Positions 1 through 9,399 of a stretch of DNA of 32,000 bases are shown one piece after another. The position numbers and the translations under genes were made by a program. Below the pieces are notes generated by a model. The model worked only from the letters and a program-made list of their open reading frames with translations, did no database searches and was not told where the DNA came from. The DNA is taken from contig NC_022349.1 in NCBI RefSeq assembly GCF_000354175.2, positions 2,520,001-2,552,000 of the forward strand. The letters are read 5' to 3'. The first letter of the stretch is position 1. Each line of letters opens with the position of its first letter. The stretch is from Vibrio alginolyticus NBRC 15630 = ATCC 17749 (lineage in GTDB: Bacteria; Pseudomonadota; Gammaproteobacteria; Enterobacterales; Vibrionaceae).

Positions 1-1
1 A

Positions 2-49
2 TTAGCTCCGGGCGAAGAAGTGAAAGAGGATGAGAATGCGCAATTTTAA
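2..49 (+). CDS. 3' end of the upstream T2SS gene, probably minor pseudopilin EpsH/GspH (partial, starts outside the window)
   Basis: Frame 2 is open from the window edge to TAA at 47-49 (...LAPGEEVKEDENAQF*) and uses ordinary codons. Frame 1 would need rare CGA/AGA/GGA codons. The position immediately upstream of epsI fits the canonical gspC-N order. Confidence 0.35.
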   Translation, partial: LAPGEEVKEDENAQF

Positions 50-425
50 GCAAGCTCACCCAAATTTGAGTCATCGCCGGACGAGAGGCATGACCTTACT
101 GGAAGTATTGGTCGCACTGGCAATTTTCGCCACCGCTGCCATCAGTGTCATTCGCTCCGTGAGCCAGCATATTAATACAATCAGTTATTTAGAAGAAAAA
201 ATGTTTGCAGCCATGGTTGTGGATAATCAGATGGCAAATGTGATGTTGAATACCGGAGAACTCAAAGCGAAAAACGGCACAGAAGAGCTGGCAGGACGCA
301 CTTGGTTCTGGAAAGTCACGCCAGTCGCCACGACGCAGCCATTGCTGAAAGCATTTGATGTGAGCGTCTCGGTAGAGAAAAGCGCGAGCCCTGTAGTAAC
401 GGTACGAAGCTATGTGGCGCAATAA
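30..425 (+). CDS. epsI: Type II secretion minor pseudopilin EpsI/GspI
   Basis: Prepilin-type leader and cleavage motif: ...RRTRG|MTLLEVLVALAIF. Size and position before the J, K, L, M and N genes fit. ATG at 36 is an alternative start, with GAGG 6 nt upstream. Confidence 0.88.
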   Translation: MRMRNFKQAHPNLSHRRTRGMTLLEVLVALAIFATAAISVIRSVSQHINTISYLEEKMFAAMVVDNQMANVMLNTGELKAKNGTEELAGRTWFWKVTPVATTQPLLKAFDVSVSVEKSASPVVTVRSYVAQ

Positions 426-1089
426 TAATCCCCGCGCAAATACGCGCCAAAGGGTAAAAGGTTTTACACTTATTGAAGTGTTGGTATCGATTGCCATCTT
501 TGCCAGTTTAAGTGTCGCTGCGTACCAAGTGGTATCGCAAGTACAGCGTAGCAATGCGCTATCACAAGAACGAACCCAACGCTTAAACGAAATTCAGCGT
601 GCCATGGTGATGATGGATAACGATTTTCGTCAAATGGCGATGCGTCAAACACGTACTAATGGTGAAGAGCCTGCTAGCCGGCTAATTTTTTGGTCCGATT
701 ACCTGTTGGACTCCGATACCAAAGGACTGATGTTTGCCCGTTTAGGTTGGCACAACCCTCAGCAGCAGTTCCCTCGTGGAGAAGTAACCAAGGTTGGCTA
801 TCGCTTAAAAGAAGAAACACTACAGCGAGTATGGTGGCGCTATCCTGATACGCCGGTTGGGCAACAAGGTACTGTTACTCCATTGCTAACGCAGGTCGAG
901 TCATTTGATATGCGTTTCTATGATGGTAAGCAATGGAAAAAAGAGTGGGCTGAAGAAAAAGCGCTGCCGAAAGCGGTTTCTGTTGTTCTAACTCTCAAAG
1001 ACTATGGAGAAATTACCCGCACTTATCTCACTCCTGATGGCACATTGAGTCAGAAAGAGGAAAGTTCAGGAGACAGCAATAATGGTTAA
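412..1089 (+). CDS. epsJ: Type II secretion minor pseudopilin EpsJ/GspJ
   Basis: Prepilin motif ...RVKG|[13 protein letters not shown]. About 225 aa. Overlaps epsI and epsK in operon style. Confidence 0.9.
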   Translation: MWRNNNPRANTRQRVKGFTLIEVLVSIAIFASLSVAAYQVVSQVQRSNALSQERTQRLNEIQRAMVMMDNDFRQMAMRQTRTNGEEPASRLIFWSDYLLDSDTKGLMFARLGWHNPQQQFPRGEVTKVGYRLKEETLQRVWWRYPDTPVGQQGTVTPLLTQVESFDMRFYDGKQWKKEWAEEKALPKAVSVVLTLKDYGEITRTYLTPDGTLSQKEESSGDSNNG

Positions 1090-2092
1090 CCGTCAGCGCG
1101 GTGTTGCTTTGATTATAGTGTTGATGTTGCTGGCGATTATGGCGACGGTTGCCGCCAGCATGTCGGAACGTTTGTTCTTGCAGTTTCAGCGAGGCGCTAA
1201 TCAAATCAATTACCAGCAAGCGTACTGGTACAGCCTTGGCGTCGAGGCGCTAGCAAAAGTGGGTATCGAACAAAGTTATAAAGACACCGATACGATTAAT
1301 ATGAGTCAACCGTGGGCGATAAAAGAGCAAGTCTATCCGTTAGATTATGGTCAAGCGGCGGGACGAATTAGAGACAAGCAAGCGTGCTTTAATCTAAATG
1401 TATTGAGTCGTGTGCAACCAACGGGTCAGCAAATTACAAGACCATATTTAGTGAATGTATTGCAGCGCATATTAGAAGAGTTGGATGTCGAGCCATATCA
1501 AGCAGAAATCATTGCAGACTCTACTTGGGAATACATTGATGCTGATGACTCTGTCCGTTCGACTACTGGGGTTGAAGACAGCACATATGAAGCGATGAAA
1601 CCTTCCTATTTGGCATCAAATGGTTGGATGGCAGATGCTTCCGAGTTACGGGCTGTCTATCAGGTGAGTGGTGAAATTTTCCAAAAATTGGAGCCGTTGG
1701 TCTGTGCATTGCCAAGTGATGACTGGCGTTTAAACGTGAATACGATTGATGTTGAGCAAGCTCCGATTTTGGTGGCAATGTTCTCACCAAACTTAAGCAG
1801 TAGTGATGCGATTCAGCTAATTGAAAAACGCCCATTTGATGGGTGGGATAGCATTGATGAATTTTTAGCAGAGTCAGAAATGGCTGGCTTAAGTGAAGAT
1901 GTAAAGAAAAACGCCAAAGGCTATTTGGGTGTAGATAGCGCCTTTTTTGAATTGGATGCACAAGTGTTGGTGGATGAATCACGTGTACGTATCCGAAGCC
2001 TTTTGCAAAGTACAAATAGAGAAACGGTGACCGTAGTTCGCCGTCGTTTTGGAGGGATCAGTGAGCGAGTTTCTGACCGTTCGGCTGAGTAG
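1082..2092 (+). CDS. epsK: Type II secretion minor pseudopilin EpsK/GspK
   Basis: 336 aa with an N-terminal hydrophobic pseudopilin-like segment ([19 protein letters not shown]). Position between the J and L genes. Confidence 0.88.
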   Translation: MVNRQRGVALIIVLMLLAIMATVAASMSERLFLQFQRGANQINYQQAYWYSLGVEALAKVGIEQSYKDTDTINMSQPWAIKEQVYPLDYGQAAGRIRDKQACFNLNVLSRVQPTGQQITRPYLVNVLQRILEELDVEPYQAEIIADSTWEYIDADDSVRSTTGVEDSTYEAMKPSYLASNGWMADASELRAVYQVSGEIFQKLEPLVCALPSDDWRLNVNTIDVEQAPILVAMFSPNLSSSDAIQLIEKRPFDGWDSIDEFLAESEMAGLSEDVKKNAKGYLGVDSAFFELDAQVLVDESRVRIRSLLQSTNRETVTVVRRRFGGISERVSDRSAE

Positions 2093-3263
2093 CGAACAAC
2101 AAAGTACCATTCCTTGGGTGGTGTGGTCGACAGATCAACAGGAAGTGATTGCTAGCGGTGAAATCGCCGGGTGGGAACACTTAGATGAATTGGTCTCATA
2201 TGCTGGTCAGCGCCAAGTTGTGGCGCTGTTGGCGAGTAATGATGTAGTCCTGACGCAAGTGGATATACCACCTGGTGCAACACGCCAATTCGAGGCTATG
2301 TTACCGTACTTAGTGGAAGACGAAGTTGCTCAGGACGTTGATGGCCTGCACTTTAGCGTGTTGGGTAAACAAGCGGATAAAGCGCAGATTTGCGCAGTTG
2401 AACGTGCTTGGATTCAGACTGTACTGCAACGTTTCTCAAGCCAAGGTATCGCCATTAAACGCATTTTACCCGATGTGCTTGCGTTACCGGTTCGTGGAGA
2501 TCACAGCAGTGCTGCAATGATTGGCGAGCAATGGCTAATTCGTCACTCTGCGACAGAGGGCGCGGTTGTCGACGCTTCTTGGTTAGACCTTTACCTCTCT
2601 TCTTATCTACAAAATCATGAAGGTTGGAAGCTCGATTGCTTTAGCTCGGTCCCGGAATCTGCGTTACCTGAAATATGGGATCCGCAACCAGAAGAAATGA
2701 CGATGGCTTTACTGGCGAAGGGGGTGACAGAAAGCAAAGTCAATTTGCTGACTGGGATCTTCAAGCCGAAATCTTCTTGGGGTAAATACTGGAAGCTCTG
2801 GCAAAAAGCCACCATTGCTGCGGGGGTGCTTATCGTCGTTATGGTTGCGCAGCAGTTGCTCGTGGTCCATAAGTACGAAGCACAAGCTCAAGCGTATCGT
2901 GAGGAGAGTGAGCGTATTTTCCGCCAGGTGTTCCCAAATAAACGACGCATTCCTACCGTTAGTTACCTCAAACGACAAATGGATGATGAAGAGCGCAGCT
3001 TATCTGGTGGAAGTGGTCAGCAGGCAATGTTGTCATGGTTGGCGGCATTACCCGCGACACTTGGTCAGGTCAGCGACTTGGAGATCACTAGCTTTAAATA
3101 CGACGGACAACGTGGCGAAGTACGTATTCAGGCTCGTAGTTCAGACTTCCAACCTTTTGAGCAGGCTCGTGTGAAATTGGCAGAGAAGTTTAATGTTGAG
3201 CAAGGTCAGTTGAACCGTAGCGATAACGTTGTGGTTGGCAGCTTTGTTTTGAAGCGTTTGTGA
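2061..3263 (+). CDS. epsL: Type II secretion inner-membrane protein EpsL/GspL
   Basis: GTG at 2061 is preceded by GGAGGG (2051-2056) and gives the N-terminus (M)[10 protein letters not shown], as in V. cholerae EpsL (recalled). A single mid-protein TM segment ([20 protein letters not shown]). The ORF-track start at 2049 is TTG and lacks an SD. Confidence 0.9.
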   Translation: MSEFLTVRLSSEQQSTIPWVVWSTDQQEVIASGEIAGWEHLDELVSYAGQRQVVALLASNDVVLTQVDIPPGATRQFEAMLPYLVEDEVAQDVDGLHFSVLGKQADKAQICAVERAWIQTVLQRFSSQGIAIKRILPDVLALPVRGDHSSAAMIGEQWLIRHSATEGAVVDASWLDLYLSSYLQNHEGWKLDCFSSVPESALPEIWDPQPEEMTMALLAKGVTESKVNLLTGIFKPKSSWGKYWKLWQKATIAAGVLIVVMVAQQLLVVHKYEAQAQAYREESERIFRQVFPNKRRIPTVSYLKRQMDDEERSLSGGSGQQAMLSWLAALPATLGQVSDLEITSFKYDGQRGEVRIQARSSDFQPFEQARVKLAEKFNVEQGQLNRSDNVVVGSFVLKRL

Positions 3264-3270
3264 GGTGATG

Positions 3271-3762
3271 ATGAAAAACTTAATTTCTCAAGCTCAGGTT
3301 TGGTGGAGCAGCATCTCGCAGCGTGAGCAGCGTTTGGTCATGGGATGTGGCGCTATTGCCGTTATCGGTATTATTTATTGGGGTTTATTACAGCCAATGA
3401 GCCAACGTGCGGAGCTAGCTCAGTCACGTATTCAAAGCGAAAAACAGTTGCTAGCTTGGGTACAAGATAAAGCGGATGGCATCATTGCACTGCGAAAAAG
3501 CAGCGGTGTGAGCTACTCTAGTCAACCGTTGAATCAGTTGGTTTCTTCTTCAGCTCGTCGTTATAAAGTTGAGTTGATTCGCGTACAACCTCGTAATGAG
3601 AGCGTTCAAGTGTGGATCAAACCACTCGCGTTTAATCAACTAGTGGATTGGTTACGTTACTTGAAAGAGCAGCAGGGTATTGAAGTCGAATTTTTAGATA
3701 TCGACCGAACAGAGCAAGCGGGCATGATCGATGTAAACCGCCTTCAGTTTAAGCGAGGTTAA
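3271..3762 (+). CDS. epsM: Type II secretion protein EpsM/GspM
   Basis: About 163-165 aa. N-terminal TM segment (LVMGCGAIAVIGIIYWGLL) and conserved ...LQFKRG C-terminus. Starts at 3265 (GTG), 3268 or 3271 (ATG) are all possible. GAGG at 3262-3265 favours 3271. Confidence 0.88.
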   Translation: MKNLISQAQVWWSSISQREQRLVMGCGAIAVIGIIYWGLLQPMSQRAELAQSRIQSEKQLLAWVQDKADGIIALRKSSGVSYSSQPLNQLVSSSARRYKVELIRVQPRNESVQVWIKPLAFNQLVDWLRYLKEQQGIEVEFLDIDRTEQAGMIDVNRLQFKRG

Positions 3763-3763
3763 G

Positions 3764-4525
3764 GTGAAGCGAGCAGTACTTTACGTTGTTATCTTTATCG
3801 TCTTTTTTTCAGTCAGTCTTTTAATGGGATTACCAGTCTCTTGGGTGTTACAACAAGCACCAACAGTGAGAGGCCTGGACATTCAAGGAACCAACGGTTC
3901 GGTATGGCAAGGTCAAGCTTCTAGTATTCGTTGGCAGCGCCAGAACCTTGGAGAAGTTAATTGGGATTTCCAATGGTCGAGTCTACTGACAGGTAAAGCT
4001 GAGTTTGCTGTGCGCTTTGGTCGTGGTAGTGAAATGGACGTTCGTGGGCGCGGTTTTGTCGGCTATAGCTTAAGTGATGGCCCTTATGCCAAAAACTTAG
4101 TTGCCTCGATTCCGGCGGTAAAAGTTGTTGAGCAAGCGCGCCTCCCTGTGCCTGTTGGTGTTGATGGGCAACTTGAGCTGAATATTCGTCATGCGACTTA
4201 TGCTGCGCCTTGGTGTAAGAACGGTGAAGGCACTTTAGTATGGAATGCCAGTGGTATTCAAAGCCCCGTTGGCAGCTTAGATCTCGGTCCTGTGATTGCC
4301 GATATAAACTGTCAGGGTAGTGTATTGACGGCAACTGGTGAGCAGAGCAGCGAACAAGTCTCTGCGGCGTTCTCAGCAGAGCTGATGCCTAATCAACGAT
4401 ACTCAACCAAAGCGTGGTTCAAACCTGGAGCAGAGTTCCCATCCAGCATGGGGGAGCAATTGAAATGGTTGGGTAAGCCGAATGCTCAAGGTCAATATGA
4501 GTTTAATTACCAAGGGCGCTTCTAA
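3764..4525 (+). CDS. epsN: Type II secretion protein EpsN/GspN
   Basis: GTG start 1 nt after the epsM stop, with GAGG 6 nt upstream. N-terminal TM segment. Last gene of the operon, followed by a rho-independent terminator. Confidence 0.85.
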   Translation: MKRAVLYVVIFIVFFSVSLLMGLPVSWVLQQAPTVRGLDIQGTNGSVWQGQASSIRWQRQNLGEVNWDFQWSSLLTGKAEFAVRFGRGSEMDVRGRGFVGYSLSDGPYAKNLVASIPAVKVVEQARLPVPVGVDGQLELNIRHATYAAPWCKNGEGTLVWNASGIQSPVGSLDLGPVIADINCQGSVLTATGEQSSEQVSAAFSAELMPNQRYSTKAWFKPGAEFPSSMGEQLKWLGKPNAQGQYEFNYQGRF

Positions 4526-4551
4526 CCAATCGTGACAAAATCCAATATCTT

Positions 4552-4581
4552 AAAAGAGCTGCTATTGTGCAGCTCTTTTTG
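4552..4581 (+). terminator. Rho-independent terminator of the eps operon
   Basis: Stem AGAGCTGC (4555-4562) pairs with GCAGCTCT (4569-4576). 6-nt loop, followed by TTTT. Confidence 0.75.
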
Positions 4582-4750
4582 CTTTTGGATCATCGTAAGC
4601 TAAAACCTCTATTCGCTGTACATTCGATCTTGATTGGGAATGAGTGAAAGTTTAAAACCATGATTTTTAATTGATTTGTTTTCTTTCGTTCAGCTTTGCA
4701 AGCAATTGGAACATAGTAGGCCAAATACTCCAAGTGCTGTACAGAAGGTC

Positions 4751-4782
4751 AAAAAGAAAAGGCCACGAAGATATTCGTGGCC
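4751..4782 (-). terminator. Rho-independent terminator downstream of cysQ
   Basis: 9-bp stem GGCCACGAA (4761-4769) pairs with TTCGTGGCC (4774-4782). On the - strand it is followed by TTTTCTTTTT. Confidence 0.75.
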
Positions 4783-4828
4783 TTTCTATTGCTAGAATTT
4801 TGTGCTCTAAATTTTACCGATAGGGCGC

Positions 4829-5656
4829 TTAATCTTTGCGTTGTAAAATCTCATTCCAAGGTAAATCCGCATCACCAAGAACAATAAAGTTCGGGTTTTC
4901 TAGTGTTTCCCGCTCGTTATATGACAGCGGTTCTAATTGCGTGCTGAGAATACGTCCGCCAGCTTCTTCAACAATGCATTGTGTCGCAGCGGTGTCCCAC
5001 TCACCTGTTGGACCTAGTCGGAGATAGCAATCTACCGCCCCTTCCGCGACGAGGCATGCTTTCAATGCTGCAGAACCGAGCGGTATTAAGTCGTAATTCC
5101 AGGCGCTACTCATACGGTTAGTAATACGATTGATGTCTTGGCGACGACTAATAGCAATTGCGATGCTTTGCTCTGGCTGTTCGTGTTTGTGTGTATGGAT
5201 TTTGACGCTGTCCGACATGTCGGGAATTTTCCAGGCGCCTTTGCCATTATAAGCGTAGTAAGTCACGCCAGATACAGGGCCGTAAACGACGCCCATGGTT
5301 GGTCGATTGTTGTCGACCAACGCAATAATAGTGGCAAAGTCACCACTGCGAGCGATGAATTCTTGAGTACCATCAAGAGGGTCGACTAACCAATAACGTT
5401 CCCACTGAGCGCGTTGCTCTAAGCTTATGTCTGCGTCTTCTTCTGACAACACGGGAATGTCAGGCGTCAGATCACTCAAGCGTTCAGTGATGAACTTGTG
5501 AGCTGCAATATCTGCACTTGTTACGGGAGTTTCGTCACTTTTGGTGTAGGCCTCGTATTGCTTCTTTTCATATATTTCGAGGATCATTTGCCCAGCACTG
5601 CGGGCAATCTCGATGACTTGAGGAAGTAGGTGAGATAGATCTTTTGTCATTGGCAT
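4829..5656 (-). CDS. cysQ: 3'(2'),5'-bisphosphate nucleotidase CysQ
   Basis: Inositol-monophosphatase-family motifs (PVLSEED, WLVDPLDGTQEFI, WDTAA). Collinear with E. coli CysQ as recalled. AAGGAC SD upstream. Confidence 0.92.
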   Translation of the reverse strand: MPMTKDLSHLLPQVIEIARSAGQMILEIYEKKQYEAYTKSDETPVTSADIAAHKFITERLSDLTPDIPVLSEEDADISLEQRAQWERYWLVDPLDGTQEFIARSGDFATIIALVDNNRPTMGVVYGPVSGVTYYAYNGKGAWKIPDMSDSVKIHTHKHEQPEQSIAIAISRRQDINRITNRMSSAWNYDLIPLGSAALKACLVAEGAVDCYLRLGPTGEWDTAATQCIVEEAGGRILSTQLEPLSYNERETLENPNFIVLGDADLPWNEILQRKD

Positions 5657-5700
5657 AAGTGATAGTCCTTACTCACAGTGTTATTCGGTTCTAATGACCG

Positions 5701-6270
5701 TTATTGGTTATGCTTGTGAGTGGTGTTTGGTAAGTGTTTCAGTGCCAACATTAGCGCTGTGATGCTTCGTGCTTCACAGAAATCCATGTGAGTTAATAAC
5801 TCTTCGGCTTGCGCAAGTGGCCAACGCACAATTTCCAGTGGTTCAGGCTCATCGCCTTCTTGCTTCTCTGGATAAAGCGCCTGTCCTAAAAATAGAGTCA
5901 TTTTGCTCGAAAAGTAAGATGGCGCGAGGATAACTTGTTTCAACGGGGTTAACTGATTACAGCCAAAGCCGATTTCTTCTTTTAACTCACGATCCGCAGC
6001 TTGGTGTGGTGTTTCTCCTGGGTCAATCAGCCCTTTTGGGAAACCTAGCTCGTAGCGTTCAGTTCCAGCGGCGTATTCACGCACCAGTAATAAATCGCCT
6101 TGTTCTGTTACAGGGACTACCATTACAGCATCTCGTCCACTTGGCTTCATACGCTCATAAGTACGGTGCTCACCATTGGAAAAACGAAGGTCGAGCGCTT
6201 CCACAGCAAACAGTTTGGATTTTGCAACCGTCTGGCATGAGAGTATCTCTGGTGGGGTTCGTTTCGGCAT
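5701..6270 (-). CDS. nudE: ADP compounds hydrolase NudE (Nudix)
   Basis: Nudix box GLIDPGETPHQAADRELKEEIGF. Strong end-to-end resemblance to E. coli NudE. GGAG SD. Confidence 0.9.
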   Translation of the reverse strand: MPKRTPPEILSCQTVAKSKLFAVEALDLRFSNGEHRTYERMKPSGRDAVMVVPVTEQGDLLLVREYAAGTERYELGFPKGLIDPGETPHQAADRELKEEIGFGCNQLTPLKQVILAPSYFSSKMTLFLGQALYPEKQEGDEPEPLEIVRWPLAQAEELLTHMDFCEARSITALMLALKHLPNTTHKHNQ

Positions 6271-6400
6271 GACGCTGGCTCCTTGGTGTCGTTGGCGTTT
6301 ACGAGATGCGTAAGATTCTTAATATATGAGAACTCCGCCTGAGTTTCTAGCGGATTTTACGAGTCGAGCTAAGCATCTCAGCATCACCTCAGTATCGATA

Positions 6401-6430
6401 CAAAAATGGGAGACCGAAGCCTCCCATTTT
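6401..6430 (-). terminator. Rho-independent terminator downstream of nfuA
   Basis: Stem AATGGGAG (6405-6412) pairs with CTCCCATT (6421-6428). 8-nt loop. T-run on the - strand. Confidence 0.7.
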
Positions 6431-6446
6431 CTGACAGTGTTTACTC

Positions 6447-7031
6447 TTAGTAGTAAGAGTGATCACCACGGTCATGTTCTGTAGCATCACGAACTGCGGT
6501 TAGTTCACCAATGAACTGGTTTAGCAGTTCTTTCTCGATGCCTTCTTTTAGTGTTACGTCAACCATAGAACAGCCATTACAACCACCACCAAATGCAACA
6601 ATCGCAACACCGTCTTCAGTGATCTCAACCAAGTTTACGTGACCACCGTGGCCAGCAAGTTGTGGGTTCACTTGAGTTTGGATAACGTACTCAACGCGCT
6701 CAACCAGTGGTGCGTCGTCCGCAACTTTACGCATTTTAGCGTTAGGTGCTTTTAGCGTTAGCTGAGAGCCCATTTTATCGGTAACAAAATCGATTTCAGC
6801 GTCTTCAAGGAATGGCAGGCTTAGCTCATCCACGTAAGCTGAAAAACCGCTGTAAGAGAGTTCAGTGTCGGTCGATTCTACTGCTTCTGGTGGGCAGTAA
6901 GACACGCCACACTCAGCGTTTTGTGTACCTGGGTTCACAACGAAAATACGAATGTTAGTGCCTTCAGGTTGTTGACCTAAAAGGTTAGCGAAATGCGTTT
7001 GCGCAGTTTCTGTAATAGTAATATTTGACAC
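6447..7031 (-). CDS. nfuA: Fe-S cluster biogenesis/carrier protein NfuA
   Basis: N-terminal degenerate A-type domain plus a C-terminal Nfu domain with CNGC ([19 protein letters not shown]). 194 aa. Confidence 0.93.
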   Translation of the reverse strand: MSNITITETAQTHFANLLGQQPEGTNIRIFVVNPGTQNAECGVSYCPPEAVESTDTELSYSGFSAYVDELSLPFLEDAEIDFVTDKMGSQLTLKAPNAKMRKVADDAPLVERVEYVIQTQVNPQLAGHGGHVNLVEITEDGVAIVAFGGGCNGCSMVDVTLKEGIEKELLNQFIGELTAVRDATEHDRGDHSYY

Positions 7032-7128
7032 GACGAATACCCGAGTAAATTTGTAGGTTACTGCTGCTATTCTACTCTTGTTGACGTATGGGTCTAGTCT
7101 TTTTGATGCTAAGGCATGGCGAAGCGAT

Positions 7129-7854
7129 CTAGAGAGAACGAGGAGCAGGTGTTCTGCAGATGCAGTAAATATCGATGCTTTCTACGCCAACTTCAAGTAG
7201 TAAATGACATAATTGTCGGACGGTACTGCCTGTGGTGACTACATCATCGACGATGGCAACATGGGAAGAGTGAGGTTGCTTATTGAGAATAAACGCGCCT
7301 TTTAAGTTTTGTTCACGGCTTGTTTTGGTATTACCACGCTGTGATTGGGCGAGCTTTACTCGACGAAAGACCTTCGCATCAAAATTAGTCTGCAATTGCT
7401 TGGCGAGGTGTCGGGCTAAAACATCACTTTGATTAAAACCCCGGCGCAGGTAACGCTGCCAGTGCAATGGCACACTGGTAATGATTGGAGCTGGCGTGGT
7501 GATGCGCTGTGCCAGTTGCTCGGTTAATGCTTTTACATGCCAAGACTCTCCGTGATCTTTAAAGCGTTGTACTTCCCGTGAAAGGGGAAAGTCGTAATCG
7601 CCTAACGTGTATAGCCTTTGCCATGGCGGTGGCTCTGAAAGACATTCACCACAAATACTATCCGTACTCATTTCTTCTTTCTGTAATGATAAACCGCAGC
7701 GTTGACATCGTTTTACCGGAGTTAGGTATTTTAAACAGTGCTCGCACCAGCGCAGAGTATTTGTGTGGCTTGGTGTTTGAATAGGGAACCGACACAGGCC
7801 GCATTGACTGCTCAATACACGATGCATGATGTTTTGCCAGTGATGAGATAACAT
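7129..7854 (-). CDS. comF: ComF/GntX family competence protein (phosphoribosyltransferase-like)
   Basis: N-terminal Cys-rich zinc-ribbon pairs (CGLC...CEHC...CQRC...CGEC). C-terminal PRTase motif [13 protein letters not shown]. Divergent from bioH, as in enterobacteria. Confidence 0.88.
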   Translation of the reverse strand: MLSHHWQNIMHRVLSSQCGLCRFPIQTPSHTNTLRWCEHCLKYLTPVKRCQRCGLSLQKEEMSTDSICGECLSEPPPWQRLYTLGDYDFPLSREVQRFKDHGESWHVKALTEQLAQRITTPAPIITSVPLHWQRYLRRGFNQSDVLARHLAKQLQTNFDAKVFRRVKLAQSQRGNTKTSREQNLKGAFILNKQPHSSHVAIVDDVVTTGSTVRQLCHLLLEVGVESIDIYCICRTPAPRSL

Positions 7855-7938
7855 AGCGTTTATTCATGATGATATTTTACTCAGCCTAACGCTTGGCTGA
7901 AGCCGTAGGGAATAAAATAAGTGGGAGAGATTGAGAGC

Positions 7939-8706
7939 ATGAGCACGAAATTACACTGGCAGTCATTTGGTCAGGGACCAGATTTGGTGTTACTTCATGG
8001 GTGGGGCATGAATGGTGCGGTATGGCAGCAGACAGTCGAGTCTCTTCAACCTTATTTCCGAGTTCATGTGGTTGACCTTCCGGGGTACGGACATAGCGCC
8101 GAATCTCATGCTGAAGATTTAGACCATATTGCTAACTTGGTGGTGCAAGGTGCGCCAGAGAAAGCGATTTGGCTTGGTTGGTCCCTCGGAGGTTTAGTGG
8201 CGACGCATGTGGCATTAAATATGCCCGAGCGCGTGGCTAAGTTGATTACGGTTGCCAGCTCACCTAAATTTGCCGCAGAAAAACCGTGGCGCGGCATTCA
8301 ACCGAATGTACTGAGTGCGTTCACCTCTCAGTTGCTAGAAGATTTCTCACTGACCATTGAGCGCTTTATGGCGTTGCAAGCGATGGGCAGCCCATCAGCG
8401 CGTAAAGACGTTAAACAGCTCAAGCAAGCGATACTATCGCGCCCTCAGCCAAACCCTGAATCGCTGTTGGTTGGGCTAAACATCCTTGCTGATGTGGATC
8501 TGCGCGATGCGTTGACGTCTCTTTCTGTTCCAATGTTGCGTCTTTATGGCCGTTTAGATGGGTTGGTGCCAATTAAAGTAGCTAACGATTTAAGTGAACA
8601 GTTGCCTCATACCCAGCAGTTTGTTTTTAATCAGTCCTCTCATGCGCCTTTTATCACCGAACATGACGAATTTTGTGTTCAAATCCGAGAGTTTGCTCAC
8701 GATTGA
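7939..8706 (+). CDS. bioH: Pimeloyl-ACP methyl ester carboxylesterase BioH
   Basis: Alpha/beta hydrolase with HGWG and the nucleophile elbow GWSLGG. The N-terminus MSTKLHWQSFGQG aligns with the E. coli BioH start. The ORF-track start at 7921 is GTG and adds 6 aa. Confidence 0.9.
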   Translation: MSTKLHWQSFGQGPDLVLLHGWGMNGAVWQQTVESLQPYFRVHVVDLPGYGHSAESHAEDLDHIANLVVQGAPEKAIWLGWSLGGLVATHVALNMPERVAKLITVASSPKFAAEKPWRGIQPNVLSAFTSQLLEDFSLTIERFMALQAMGSPSARKDVKQLKQAILSRPQPNPESLLVGLNILADVDLRDALTSLSVPMLRLYGRLDGLVPIKVANDLSEQLPHTQQFVFNQSSHAPFITEHDEFCVQIREFAHD

Positions 8707-8830
8707 GCAAGTGCGAGCGGAAACACCTCAAGTTGTTTAAAAAGTGGTCGATATAAAGGCTGGTGAGGTTTTATTAGCCAATAAAGCTAAGCCATATTGA
8801 CGAGTTGGGCGACTCTGAGGAGGGTTCGCA

Positions 8831-9295
8831 ATGATTGTGTCACCGACCAACGTAAGTGTGCCACTGATCGCCCCATCCGTGAATGTGCAGACGGAACAAG
8901 CAGCTCGCGACAATAAAGTCCGAGAGCCTGTAACGCCAACGGTCGCATTGGCCAAAACCAATGCAGAGCGAAAAGTAAAAGGTGATGACAAGCGCCGACG
9001 TCAGTCTTCTTGGGATCCTTCAGAGCATCCTGATTATGATATGGAAACGGAAGTCGACACGCGTTATCAAGAAGAGCCGGAAGATACACTAGAACGGCTT
9101 TTTAGTTTGCTTGCGCTCAAATCGTATAGTGAAGACCAGGGGAAAGGCTACGCGATCCGCTTTCGCTTACCAAAGCGCATTTTGGATGCTGCGATCAATG
9201 AAGGATTAATGGAAAAGCGCAGGAAGGTGATCAAGTTTCATTATGGTCATGCAGTCGCTCCCCATACCCCGTCAGAAGTGATAGCAGTATTATGA
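8831..9295 (+). CDS. Hypothetical protein, 154 aa: low-complexity charged N-terminal half and a compact C-terminal half
   Basis: Strong SD GAGGAGGG 6 nt before the ATG. A terminator follows directly (9317-9361). No signal peptide or TM segment. No family recognised. Confidence 0.6.
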   Translation: MIVSPTNVSVPLIAPSVNVQTEQAARDNKVREPVTPTVALAKTNAERKVKGDDKRRRQSSWDPSEHPDYDMETEVDTRYQEEPEDTLERLFSLLALKSYSEDQGKGYAIRFRLPKRILDAAINEGLMEKRRKVIKFHYGHAVAPHTPSEVIAVL

Positions 9296-9316
9296 CGACT
9301 CAATATCCTACTCAAA

Positions 9317-9361
9317 CAAAAACGCTCCAAGCAGGTTGACTGATTGGAGCGTTTTCTTTTT
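9317..9361. terminator. Bidirectional rho-independent terminator between the 154-aa ORF (+) and tex (-)
   Basis: 10-bp stem AACGCTCCAA (9321-9330) pairs with TTGGAGCGTT (9344-9353). T-runs on both strands (TTCTTTTT and TTTTGTTTG). Confidence 0.7.
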
Positions 9362-9399
9362 AGTTATGAAAGCTCGTTAGCGGTGAAGCCTAGGTAAGG

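Noticed and set aside
8737-9089. Two - strand ORFs (84 and 100 aa) antisense to the 154-aa hypothetical gene.
   Set aside because: The + strand ORF has a strong SD and a matched terminator. The antisense ORFs have neither. Some ambiguity remains and is noted in the findings.
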